Shown here: positions 12,327 through 24,943 of the stretch, piece by piece
Position numbering within the stretch: the stretch's first letter is position 1
How the letters are laid out: each line of letters opens with the position of its first letter
Assembly: GCA_030141605.1 (NCBI GenBank)
Contig: JAQGDQ010000446.1
Span: 62,001 to 126,000, forward strand
Source: Tubiluchus corallicola
Taxonomy: Eukaryota > Animalia > Priapulida
DNA length: 64,000 bases
Direction: 5' to 3'
Program-made: the position numbers and the translations under genes
The notes under the pieces: generated by a model
What the model was told of the DNA's origin: nothing
Databases searched by the model: none
What the model saw: the letters and a program-made list of their open reading frames with translations, nothing else

Positions 12327-12585
12327 GTGTTACTCGGGGGGGGGGAGTAAACCCCTACCGGGCGCATCCCCCGGGTGGCGGATGGGGGACCCCTGGCTCA
12401 CGAGCCAGGGTGCTCCGAATATTCAAATAAGGAGCTGTGGACCAAATCCTTCAGGATAGACCTAGCAAGTCACTGAAGTACTTTTTCCTCAAGTAACTCA
12501 TGGCGAACACAACTGGAGAGACGTTATCAAGTGTTCGCCGGCTGACAGATGAAAATCTACCAGGAGGATGGTGACGTGAGGTGAG
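12327..12585 (+). mobile_element. Short GC-rich retroposon, probably RTE-derived
   Basis: 12-bp TSD GTTAGACACCAT, GC-rich structured 5' end, GTGAG-repeat tail. Confidence 0.6.
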
Positions 12586-12705
12586 GTTAGACACCATATC
12601 CGTACTATATAAGTACCCTCTAACACTTGTTAGAAATTGTTATCATGGGGAAAAAACCCGTTCGAACCATTTCACGCGCCAGACAGGTTGCCCATACTTC
12701 CTGCC

Positions 12706-13102
12706 AGTAAAAGTTATTTTGTTCGTATTGTGGATAGTACGTTGCATGAGCTGTGTATAGCTCTTTATTGATGCTTGAGGAATGGCAAAGCTATTAAGAG
12801 TTTATTTATAAAATGACACGCTTCTTAAATACCCACAATAAATATAATAGACAGCAATGCCAAGGCCCCTGATCTAACGAGTGAGATGCTCCAGCTTCCA
12901 GGTCCAATGTCAGACTCACCTATCGGGCTGGCGGCTGTCCGCACCTTATATACGTGCGCAGCCTGACAACTGCCTCAATTTCTCGGCCCACGTAATCACG
13001 TGATACCACTCCTTAACTGGCTTCATCATGCGAGCATCTTATCAACATAATTATTTAACATAATCTACTGCTCTTAGTATAATTTAACAGGTTATCTTTA
13101 CT
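12706..13102 (-). mobile_element. Solo LTR-like element, family B (AGT...ACT termini)
   Basis: AGTAAA...TTTACT termini, 5-bp TSD CTGCC, homologous to the 40414 and 50596 copies. Confidence 0.75.
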
Positions 13103-14052
13103 CTGCCTACACTCTTATGCTACCACCTATGAAAAATTACGTAGTTAATGAGGCGATGACAGTAGTTATTCACCTGGCTTTAAAACTTGCTCATTACAAT
13201 TAAGCTACAGAAGCTTACGTTCCTACTGTACATGGAATACTTTTTAACTAGCTTTAAGTACAATAAATTAATGTAATCTTAGGAAACCAGATAAAGCAAA
13301 AGTAGAAAGACATTCGCTGTCATCGGCAAACCATACATTTTGACAGGAAAATAACGCTGGTAGTTCGCTTCATTTAGTTAATGCGTTGTGCAATTAAGCT
13401 GTTACACATACATTATGTTAATTGTGACGCGAAACTTATGTGTGTATATTTCATTTAATTTTATTTAGTTATTTGCCGCAACTCTCTGGTCAATTTTATT
13501 TAATCGTAATCGACTTTCTGATAACAAATGAATTAGTTTATTTGAAATAATTTACATTTCATTCCAGATAAAATGTATAATTTCGGAAATGGCGTCTAAG
13601 AGCATGTCAAATATGAAGTGAAATGATGAAAGGGCATGTGCATTGATAGTGCACGAACAATAAAATATTATAACAAGCAGTATTTGATGATTTTGTTTGT
13701 TTGTCACCATAGTAACCCAAACAATACATTCTTGTTTGTTATCCATTGGTGCCAGGATGCCTAAACGCAAAAATAAGCAACTAGGGTTTAATTGTCTACG
13801 ACCAATCAACTTCCATCAGCCCAGAAGATGATGCTACATTAGTTTACACAATACATTAATACATTAACTAGTTTATTCAAATAATGCCAAACGGTAGTTC
13901 TTTTGTTTGAACGCATGATATCTAGACTGAATGTAAAATAAACTGAGCACTACTTTCACATAAAGCTGTAACAAAACGCGAGCACAGAGAGTGATTGAAA
14001 CAGTTACTGTTATCAACACCGATTGCTTTTCAGACTGACCAACATCAGAAAA

Positions 14053-15216
14053 ATGCAAAGACATAAAGTAAGTGCAGATGTCACAGTTACTGTGCAAGAG
14101 TCTGATGAAGTTCAGGCGTCTCTCTACGAAGCCATGAAGCCACTCATTTGTATCATGAGGTTCTTCATTCTATGGCCAGCGACTGGAAGACCAAGCAAAT
14201 GCTGTCACTACATCCTGGTCGCAGCTCCAATCATTCTAATGTTATTTGCAACTAGTGGGTATGTGATTTTAGTATGTGACGTGGTACGTGCCATGCTAAC
14301 TAATCGTCTAACAGGAGCATTCATAATTCTAGCTTCGGTATTTCTTACATACGTACAAGCCTTCTTTGGAATGATATATTTCGTATTTAAGAAGAAAGAC
14401 TTAACAAATTTTAATTACATATGGCAACCGCTATTTTGCAACTGTGATCAAAAATCTTCTAAAACAACGTTTAAATTTGTTAGAAAAATGTCGATTAAAA
14501 GCATCAAAGCTACAATCGTCTTCGGCACACCGATTCTGTTCATGACCCTCAGCACGTCGATGTACGAAGTCATAATCGCTCCCAACGATGGAGGAGAAAA
14601 ACAAGAACAAAGTTCTGCTGCTGTCTTTGCCCATTTGTTTCAGGAAACATTTGCAGCACAAGTACTTCTCGGTACGTGGACTGTTATATTGTTCAGGATG
14701 CCAACTTCATTCCTTTCCGTCGTCTGCAACATACTCATTCGAGAAGTGGACTTGATCTTCAAAGCTCTGCAGCAATTTGGAAGAAAACCGAAAATCTGCA
14801 AACACTTCACAACAATATCTGTGTATACCAATTGTAAATACAGCAACGGAAGTAACGAACTCTCCTCGGGGAAGTATTTCAAGGACGTGGAGGATATGAA
14901 AAATATGTACCAGTACTTGATGACTCTTATTACAAGAACTGACGACATTTTCTCGCCGTACTTACTTTTTCTTTACAGCACTACTATTACCAACACAATC
15001 GTTAGGGTTTACTTGATATTTGCTGTACTAGAAAATGGACTCACAATCGAAGCTGTAATATTGGCCATTACAACATCTGCGACAGCTATTCTACAGTTTG
15101 TCACGATCACGGGACTTTCGCTGACGGCAGCAAATCTACATGAAAAAGCACGAGCTGTATTTCCACTTATTTTTGATCTCACATCACGTGATGTGCCAAC
15201 ACAGGAAAAAATAGAG
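14053..15216 (+). CDS. Gr-like gene 3, exon 1. Model 14053-15216, 17795-17884, 18912-19019 (about 453 aa)
   Basis: First ATG of the 399-aa ORF. Motifs SLYEAMKPLICIMRFFILWP, TDDIFSPY and LHEKARA. GAG|GT donor. Confidence 0.92.
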
Positions 15217-15286
15217 GTATAAATGCATTAATGTGTTAAATATGTAGCTTTAGAGAAAACGTTCCACACCCAACGCGTTCGGTAAG

Positions 15287-15796
<510 letters not shown>

Positions 15797-16664
15797 TCGG
15801 TAAGATCCCCTTTACGGCAGATATTCTTCTATATGACTAAGCATGATGTTTTCTAATGAAATGCAGATTCCGTCTAATGAATGACTTTATACAGATTCCG
15901 GGTGTGTTCCTTAAACGATCGTTAGGACATTCATTGAAATCTACTAGCTAATTTAAGTTACCAAGAAGATCAATGCAGTTTATCTTAGTTAAGCTATCAA
16001 ACGTAGTAGCAGGCAAATCACAAAAAATATTGGCTTTTCATGCTAAAAGCAAACCTCTGAAGCTCTACAAGCAGAAAAACTTATCGACAGGAACTTGGCT
16101 AAAACTACTTCCTAAGATCGTAATAATTTTACTACGTGGTCGTCAGATTCATCAGCATCAGAAGTCTGAAAATGCATGTGTGCTTGGTTTTGGACGCTGG
16201 TGAAGCCAACATGGGAAAAGCACACCTCAATGGCACACGATCCAAACCATGTTATATGTGACACCACCTTAATGTACTTAAATGCACGGGGAACCTTGAG
16301 AATCTGATGATTTGTTTTTTGCAAAAACTTATATTTTACAGAAAATATAAAAGATAAACTTTTGTTAACATTTTCCTGCACTGCACTGGCAATATAATGC
16401 ATAAACATTTTCTGCTAAATTTTATATCTAGCACCTGGTTTTGACAAAAATAACTGATTTTCACAACTTCAAACGTTTCAAATCTTTTGAATTCTGTTGC
16501 ACAAATTCCGTAATCATAAACATCAACAAGAGCATCTACATTGAGAAATGGATGCTACTTAAAGGACAAGAAAAGGGGTGCCTAAAGTAGGTCTCAGAAA
16601 AATCGCCTTACAAAATTATTTTGCTTTACAGCATTTTTATCTATATAACGTTAACTCGCGTTAA

Positions 16665-17124
16665 CCCTTTCATACCCGTTGTATCCCGTGGGATACGAGA
16701 ATATTCTCTGCTTTTAAAATTAATAAAATTTTAAAACTGACAGTCATTTGATCTGTTAATAGCTATTTTGATTTAAGCCAATAACAATAGACTAAAAATA
16801 GTGATAAAATGGCAAACTAGAAAATCTACATAGCATAAAAAAAACTCTGCAAGGTACAGTACTTTAGAGACGACTTTGTACAGATCAGCATAGCATGCAT
16901 ACTAAATGTCTTAAATACTTTAAAAAATTATCAGCAATTGCAAAATGAAGCACATTTTATGCTTCCATTGAATCCCAATGTATCCCGCGGGATACAGCCT
17001 ATATTTAGCACGCGGGCACAGGTAGAAAAAATAATTATTATGTTTAAACAAGATGGACATACTGCACAAAAATATTAAATCAATAAAATATTTCTTATAA
17101 AAAAATAATTTGGGACTGAAAGGG
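16665..17124. mobile_element. piggyBac-type MITE
   Basis: TTAA|CCCTTTCATACCC...GGGACTGAAAGGG|TTAA, with the internal palindrome GTATCCCGTGGGATAC. Confidence 0.88.
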
Positions 17125-17794
17125 TTAAAAAGAGTTTTTTGTTTGTTTTGACTTTAAATCTCCCGCAAAACTGTTCCGAAGTCGCCATTACATGACGTCA
17201 TCTAGACAAACGTAAATCAGGGGAAGAAAAGGCAATGTTAAATTATTTCCCAAAAATCTTTCCATGCAAATCTGTATTACTGAGCATTTCGCTTACCTGC
17301 TGGAAAGACTTATGTAATTGGAAATAAAAAGTTAAAATGCTCGTGCCAATTGGAAAAATGTCGCTGACTCACCCTCCAGGGTGCGCCAATCACTAACCAG
17401 GAACGTATTTTTAATCTTATCGACAAGAAACAGTAATTTAAAATGTTACTTAGTTAGTAGCATGTCTGCTACGAATGCTTTGATAATTTTTGAAACTTCA
17501 CGCAATGTTATCTAAACTTGTTTCAAAACGACCTATTATCAAAATGGCTGGGCCTAATGGTCATCGCGGAAGTTTAAATTTACAAGTTTTATACAGCATT
17601 ATTGCCGACGCAACACCTGCATGCAAAAGCAGTATGTAAGTGGTATAAAATTTCAAGACGAATTTTTCAAGCTTTATGTGATTGGAGGTTTTCTTGTGCT
17701 TTAAATGATGCTCCCAAAAACTATACAGGATTACTAGTCTATACTTGAATGCAAACGTGAAAAGTTTACCACTCTTGTTATTTCTATACAATAG

Positions 17795-17884
17795 ATTCTG
17801 CTATTTGCAACAAAGGTTTCCGGTCAACAAATTGGACTCACAGGTTGCAAGTTCTTCACCATCAATAAAAGTTTCATACTCACG
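17795..17884 (+). CDS. Gr-like gene 3, exon 2 (ILLFATKVSGQQIGLTGCKFFTINKSFILT)
   Basis: TAG acceptor, GTAAGG donor, 90 nt, paralog homology. Confidence 0.9.
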
Positions 17885-18040
17885 GTAAGGCACTAAAATA
17901 AGTAACAATGAACTAGTAAAAAATAATACCATGTTAGCGGCTCATGACATTCACTTAACTTACACGTACAAGTTTTCCCTGAGAAATTTTCCGTGGCTCG
18001 AAAAAATGTTAAATCGCTCGTCTAGATTTTACGGTTGCAA

Positions 18041-18640
18041 AGAACAGAATAGAGCAGAACTAAATAGATTAGAATAGTACAGAATAGAATGGAATGGAGT
18101 GCAATAGAAAAGAAAAGAATAGAATAGAATAGAATAGAATAGAATAGAATAGAATAGAATAGAATAGAATAGAATAGAATAGAATAGAATAGAATAGAAT
18201 AGAATAGAATAGAATAGAATAGAATAGAATAGAATAGAAAAGAAAAGAATAGACTAGACTAGACTAGACTAGACTAGACTAGACTAGACTAGACTAGACT
18301 AGACTAGACTAGACTAGACTAGGATAGGATAGGATAGGATAGGATAGGATAGGATAGGATAGGACAGGACAGGACAGGACAGGACAGGACAGGACAGGAC
18401 AGGACAGGTCAGGACAGGACAGGACAGGACAGGACAGGACAGGACAGGACAGGACAGGACAGGACAGGACAGGACAGGACAGGACAGGACAGGACAGGAC
18501 AGAACAGAACAGAACAGAACAGAACAGAACAGAACAGAACAGAACAGAATAGAATAGAATAACAGAGCAGAAGAGAGGAGAGGAGAAGAGAGGAGAGGAG
18601 AGGAGAGGAGAGGAAAGGAAAGGAAAGGAAAGGAGAGGAT
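18041..18640. repeat. Compound pentanucleotide satellite (AGAAT, AGACT, AGGAT, AGGAC, AGAAC, AGGAG, AGGAA blocks)
   Basis: Direct reading. Lies in intron 2 of Gr-like gene 3. Confidence 0.97.
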
Positions 18641-18911
18641 ATATAAAAAATATTGTTTCCTTATTTCCCTCAGTTACTTATGTCATAGGTAATTAAAATT
18701 AATTATGAACTGACAGAAAGTTTTTCCTCTGCAATGTGTGAGATAGTAATAGTCTGGGAAGGAATTTGCTTTAATGAAGTCCTGTAGGTGTTTTGGGGGG
18801 AAATGCTTCAATACTTAAGCCTATATTACGAGAATTACTGCCGTTTGTATGTGTTATTATTATGATATCTATAGGCCTACGTTATCTATGTTATCTGAAT
18901 TTTCTTTGCAG

Positions 18912-19019
18912 GTGTTTGGCGTTTTTGTCACTTACTTCGTTCTGTTACTGCAATTTAAGCCAAGCGTGCTGCAGCTGTCTCATTCATACACTGGAAACTT
19001 GTCCAACCTTGTATATTAA
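18912..19019 (+). CDS. Gr-like gene 3, exon 3 (VFGVFVTYFVLLLQFKPSVLQLSHSYTGNLSNLVY*)
   Basis: TTTGCAG acceptor, TYFVLLLQF motif, TAA stop. Confidence 0.9.
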   Translation: MFGVFVTYFVLLLQFKPSVLQLSHSYTGNLSNLVY

Positions 19020-19199
19020 TTCTCCACAACAAAGAGTTCTGTTTCGTTTCTTGTTATGCAATAACCGACTGATTATCTACAGTTCAGTTCAGTTAAGGCC
19101 CGGGCCTCAAACATTTTTGTATCAAGGTGAGCAGTCAAAAACTACTACTTGGCTGAAAAAGAAAAAAGATTCTTAATGCACATAAACATCACAGCGCCT

Positions 19200-20120
19200 T
19201 TTCATTATATCACTGATTAGTCTTTTACCCATATCAATATTCTGAAATAACCTCCAATTTATTCGATAATCATCAGAGACTTCTTCCAAAAGAAACCATT
19301 CTTCTTTCATTTTTGTAGAGAAAACACTTCGAAAGGACTTGCTCTAAAGTTCCTAATTCTTTACCACATTTACATTTCCTATCTTCTTCTTCTTCCCAGC
19401 TTTTCCCTATTCGGGGTCGCCGTTATGAATGAGTCTTCTCCACGCATTCCTGTTGTCGACCATCTCTTCATTTATGTCTTCCCTTCTCACATGATTTTCA
19501 CCGACTCTTCTTTTCAGGTGTCCATATCATCGCAATCTTGCGAGGCTTCCACTACTTTTACTGTTCCTCTGATATTATTATTATTTCTAATTTTATCTCT
19601 TCTTGTTATTCCCACCATCCATCTCAACACCTCCTCATCTCCACCACACCCATTTTCTTCTCTTCGGTCTTCTTTAGAGAAGCTGCCTCCAACCCATAGA
19701 TTAGAGCGGGTCTGACCACTTCTTTGTGGACTTTACCTTTAAGTCTCACCGACTCATTCATAGAAGGTTTTGGCGCAGTTTTTACAGGCGGATGCCCTTC
19801 CTGACCCTAACCCTCCCTATTTATCCTTGCTTGGGACCGGCACTGAGTTGGTCTGGCTTGCCCCCCCATGGCTAGGTTCCCCCAGTGGCTAGGTTACATT
19901 TACATTTCCTATCATACTCATTAATTCTCCATTTATACAAGGGATTTTCATTGACCTCCAGCGCACCACACCTTGCTTTTACCAACAGTTCTGAATCAAA
20001 GATATCATTCATACAGGTTTCATAATAGGGCTTTAGTTTATTTCCTTTATGTGGCCTGATAGCAGTAAAGCATTCTGACAATCTATTCTGCCATAATTGT
20101 AAATCCTTTTCTCTCTCTTA
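19200..20120 (-). mobile_element. Degenerate LINE ORF2 C-terminal fragment interrupted by the RTE element
   Basis: Removing the insertion gives KARCGALEVN...DRKCKCGKELGTLEQVLSKCFLYKNER, a decayed zinc-knuckle-like region. Confidence 0.55.
19384..19895 (-). mobile_element. Internally deleted (bipartite) RTE-clade retroelement
   Basis: 18-bp TSD ACATTTACATTTCCTATC. Minus strand has an RTE-like 5' end (AGTGCCGGTCCCAAG...GGAAGGGCATCCG), a 3' end encoding NRNAWRRLIHNGDP, and a (GAA)n tail. Confidence 0.8.
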
Positions 20121-20170
20121 CAAGATTTGATTGTGTTGTCATGCAAACAATGTCGTCATGCAATTTACCC

Positions 20171-20320
20171 TGTGAAAGTCATGTTTGAAGTTGTTGATCA
20201 CTCACTTTGTTATGATTGAGTTTAGGCACAGAAGTATGAACAAGAATAAAAAATCTATAATAAATATTTGCACTGCACACAACAGAAAAGTGTTTATTAA
20301 ACTACAGACACATGAGTAGC
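20171..20320 (-). mobile_element. Truncated family A LTR-like element
   Basis: Matches 923-1073 almost exactly. Confidence 0.75.
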
Positions 20321-23300
20321 TGTAAACTACAAACTCGATTCACCTCTGAGTTTGTCTGTTTGGCGACATAACGAATATAGTTTACATAAGCACTCATCCT
20401 ACCATGACGTGGCGAGGGCGAGAAGCGAGGGTGGCGACTTAACGAGGTAAATATCAAAGCAGGAAATCCGTCCTGGTACTTTCTATGGCGAGAGACGAGT
20501 TTGGCGGCATAACGAGGGGTGAGATAACGAGGCCAGACTGCATGTGTATTTCAAAGCAAGCTCATACCAGAAAATCGATGATTATTTCAATTACAGGTTG
20601 CTTGCATTTATTTGTTAGTCAGCATGTTGCTCTTTTTCCTGTCAACAGCCAAAGCCGAAACAGGCAGATTTAGCAGCCAAAAAAGTCACTGTTGATATTA
20701 TTATAGTTAATAAAACCTTGAGCTACACTTGTGCCAGTATATTATAATATTAGATTTAGATTAGATTTAATATTTTATTTTAAACTTCACAAAGTTTATA
20801 TACACATCACAAATTAATACAAATAATACAATAAATCATGAAACACAACAATAACACAAATAACAATTAACAATATAACAAACTACGCCAATGACATCTA
20901 AATACAGAAGTAAAGTTTGCATCACTGTGTTAGTGTTTTAAGTGACACACTACTATGACTGAATAGTAGCAGTACACTATTTGTGTTGGATATGTAGAAA
21001 TGCTGAGTGCCAAAGGAAGTCAAATTTGGAAGCAGTACCAAGTGTTAAATGCTACTTATGTGTTTGTTACAATATAATTACAAGAATGCGAATCGCAAAC
21101 CTCGTACAGAAAAAAATAATATAATACAATTCTTATTAAAGACTGGAATTTCAATTGTACGGCTGAGTTACAAAAGGAATGCGTGTTGTCGGTGTGAGTT
21201 ATCAACATCCTCTAAGTAGTGAAACGTACAAAAGAAGAAGAAGAAAAACTCGTATTGATTTGCCATATTTCTGTAACTACATTTAATAATGCAGTATCAA
21301 AGCAAAGGTGAAGACTTGTAATAATCTTGTCTTTTCGAAACGTTTATTAGTTTCTCCGTTGTTATGTCGGCAGTTGTGTGCTCTCTCACCGGACACCAAA
21401 GTTTCGACCTCTTGATAACTTGACACTTTGTAAATGCCATGTTTGCAAAGAAACCGCATGCAGCTAATATCGTGAAAAAGTCCACCCAAAAGTTGATCGA
21501 CCCTAAAGAGGATACGTGGATCAGTTGAAGCATTTGCGAATAATTCTTGGTAAGTGTTATCATAACTGTTATTGTAGCAACATTTTGCACTGTATTGAAT
21601 TAGAGTAATCTAATTTAGATGTGTTTGAAGTTTGGACAGCAAATAATGGCTTGATAAGATAAACCGTAAATTAAAAAGAAAAAAAGCAATTTTAAAATAT
21701 GTCCCAAAACGTTCTATGCAAAGTTCCATTACTTTGCATTACACTTACCTGCGTGGAAGTCTTGTAAAACTAGAAAAGAAAATTCTTAGTAATTTAAAAT
21801 GTTTGTGTCAAGTTGCCAGCTTCATTGATGTTATTATTACAACATTTCAGTTTTGTTTTCTCTTATTTGCTTCTGTTTTTTGTTTTGTTTTGTATGATTT
21901 ATATTTGCCTTATTTTTCCTTGGTTTAATTTATATTTTTTTCTCGACAGCTTTGATTGATCATTCTACTGTTTTTTGTTTTTTTTGCAGGATTTTTTAGT
22001 TAATGCTCAAATTATGCACTTTCTGTTATGTTAAAAATCTTAAGTTATTTTTATTGTGTTTGCTTCGCATGATTCACAGTATTTTAGAATTGTAAATCTT
22101 TCTTTATTTAAATTATTATGTTCTACAGTATTACGATACCCATCATTTAATTGCCAGTTACACACATCAACCGAATACAAATTTAAATTGAAAACGATGC
22201 CATAATTAATTTTTTTTAATCATAGCTATTTAATGGTGGCTGACTAGATAACTTACGGGTTCTTCGCTGCTCCTCTCCTTTGCTTCGAAATATTGCATGT
22301 ATTCCTGATACTGTATTTTGATCATTCTTGCGGAGTCAATAAATAAATTGAATTGGTAAAACGTCACTGGCTTATCATCCTAGTGTACATAACTAACTGA
22401 ATAGAAAAACATATTATTAACCTTATTGGCAGTATAAAATAATTTATACTTCTTTTTAGTGAAGTGTGTGTTACAAATGCTCCAGATGAGATTATTTTTC
22501 CAACTGATTAATCTATTTCCAATAAATAGTCTACGTTTAATGTTCATGCAACTGCCTGTACGTTAAGTATAAGTTTATTCATTTCCACTCTGCATCTAAC
22601 AATAATAAAAAAAATACAGATAATTTCACTGAAGTAAATATAAATATAAATGCAATATTATCCAGAAATTACAAAATGCAGCATATACATGTGCGAATTA
22701 CATTACAGAATAATTTTGATGCATACAGTTTGAGCCTAAAAGCATAGCTTGACAGGCCAAACTGTACGTGGAAATCTTAAAAAATAGATTAATAATTGAA
22801 ATAATGAAATAATGATAATATATACATAAAAGTGGGGGGGGGGGGGAGTAGTGAATGAAAGATGAAATGGAGCGAGAACTAAGAAAAACTGTGATCATGA
22901 TTATAAAGTGTTCAGTAACCTGTTGAGCATAGTCACGTTTTATTAAGATTACTGTGGAAAAAGAATACAGGTTATTACCATTATCAAACTGTGTTACACT
23001 CAATACTTTTGAAATATTTCTTTTCTGACGGTTTTTTTAAAAATTGAAAGGGAGTGACTACATTTTGAATTGCGGCTTAGTCTATTCCATAGGACAAGTA
23101 ATAAATCGTTTGTATCAGCTATCAGTATTCCCCTTGTTATTTTTAAACATAATGTATGTAATGCTCATTGGAAATCAAATGTAATCAAGTGATATATGAA
23201 CCTTGTAATTTTTTATTCATAATTAGTTGTTGTATGCAGAAAATAAATATTTACCAATATAATAACATTTATATAAGATTTTTTTCAAGTCAGTGTGTTT

Positions 23301-23331
23301 TCATAGATTGTGCTGCTCTTTTGACTGGTTC

Positions 23332-23839
23332 TGTGAAAGTTAGTTATGAAGTTGAACACTTGTAGAAAACAACTAAACACTATATTACATGTTTGCACAA
23401 AAACTGAAACGCTTATATTACAATAAATACACAGTAAAATACACGACTGCTGCGCTGCACTGAGAGTGTGAGTCAGACAGTGTGTAGCACGACTGCACTG
23501 CACTAAGAACGTGACAGAGAGTAACATAAGTAGCATGACTAGCATGACTTCTGCACTGAGAGCGTGACAGAGAGTCACATAAGTAGATCAACTGCACGTC
23601 ACTGAGAGCGTGACTGAGAGACAGTGGCTAGAAGTGAAATCCAGCCAGTTTATATAGGTAGAGAACTATGCAAAAACTTGGCTTCACATATCCCATTACA
23701 GTAAAAATAGCAGAGATCCAGTGAGTTTGCATATTCACTGGACCGAGCAATTGTACTAAGGGTGAGTTTAACTAGTAAAATGTTAAAGTGACTAATCAAT
23801 AGATGGCAGCACCTAAAATATACAGTTACAACTTTCACA
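23332..23839 (-). mobile_element. Solo LTR-like element, diverged family A
   Basis: Perfect TGTGAAAGT/ACTTTCACA termini, 5-bp TSD GGTTC, shared block AGATGGCAGCACCTAA. Confidence 0.8.
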
Positions 23840-24469
23840 GGTTCTGTTGTCTTATTTAACAGATTTCCTCGAAGTTAATGAAGTTAAGGCATTCTTTGAG
23901 CAATACCATCATTACATTTTTTTTTGTTTTACGATGTCTTCATTCAAGTAGAAGCAAATCTGCGGCAAAGAGGTAAAATTTGGCATATCAGTATTCGGTT
24001 TTTGCAATCCTGCTCACGATTCCTTAGATAACTTTACAAATCTCATTACAGTACCACTTGGTTTTGGCGGTAGAAATTTGGTTAAGTACTCTCAAGTATA
24101 GACTTCGGGGACTGCTTGGTTAGTTTTTAAAATTTTAACTCTTGCACTAGCTAAAACACCCTCTTTAGGTGCTAAGCACTGCATCCATCAAGGAGATCTA
24201 ATAACTTCGTTAATACTAATAGGGTCATAATTTGTAAACTGCCAATATTTGCTAAAGTAGGCCAACTTATACACTAGCAAAGACAAACTTGTTTGATAAA
24301 TGTCTGGATAATTCGTTTTTCTGATTTTAGCACATAAGACACACTTGAGGTTGTTTTACTTATTTTTGAGGTGAGCATACAGCATGTCATAATTTTGTTG
24401 TAATTGGAAGCAGTTATGATTTATTGTAGAACTATATAATATAATTATAATAAAAAATTTTTTTTTGGT

Positions 24470-24943
24470 AATCTGTGTTTGCAGGTTGAGGTTTCTTTGA
24501 TCAGGAAAGACTAAAAGTTGGCCTTATTATCAATAAGTTCTCATTAAAAAAACTAATGTCTAAAGTGAGATCCTATTTTAATAATAATAATAATAATAAA
24601 TTTATGTGTTATTGCAGCACTGGGCGAATCTGTGTTTGCAAGTTGAGGCCTCTTTGATCAGGAAAGACTAAAAGTTGGCCTTATTATCAATAAGTTCTCA
24701 TTAAAAAAACTAATGTCTAAAGTGAGATCCTATTTTAATAATAATAATAATAATAAATTTATGTGTTATTGCAGCACTGGGCGAATCTGTGTTTGCAAGT
24801 TGAGGCCTCTTTGATCAGGAAAGACTAAAAGTTGGCCTTATTATCAATAAGTTCTCATTAGGAAAACCAATGTCTAAAGTGAGATCCTATTTTAATAATA
24901 ATAATAATAATAATAAATTTATGTGTTATTGCAGCACTGTGCG
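24470..24943. repeat. 157-bp tandem repeat, 3 copies
   Basis: Units start at 24470, 24627 and 24784, each with an (AAT)n run. Confidence 0.95.

Noticed and set aside
21283-21590. Minus-strand ORFs as a receptor pseudogene
   Set aside because: No convincing match to the motifs shared by the four receptors.
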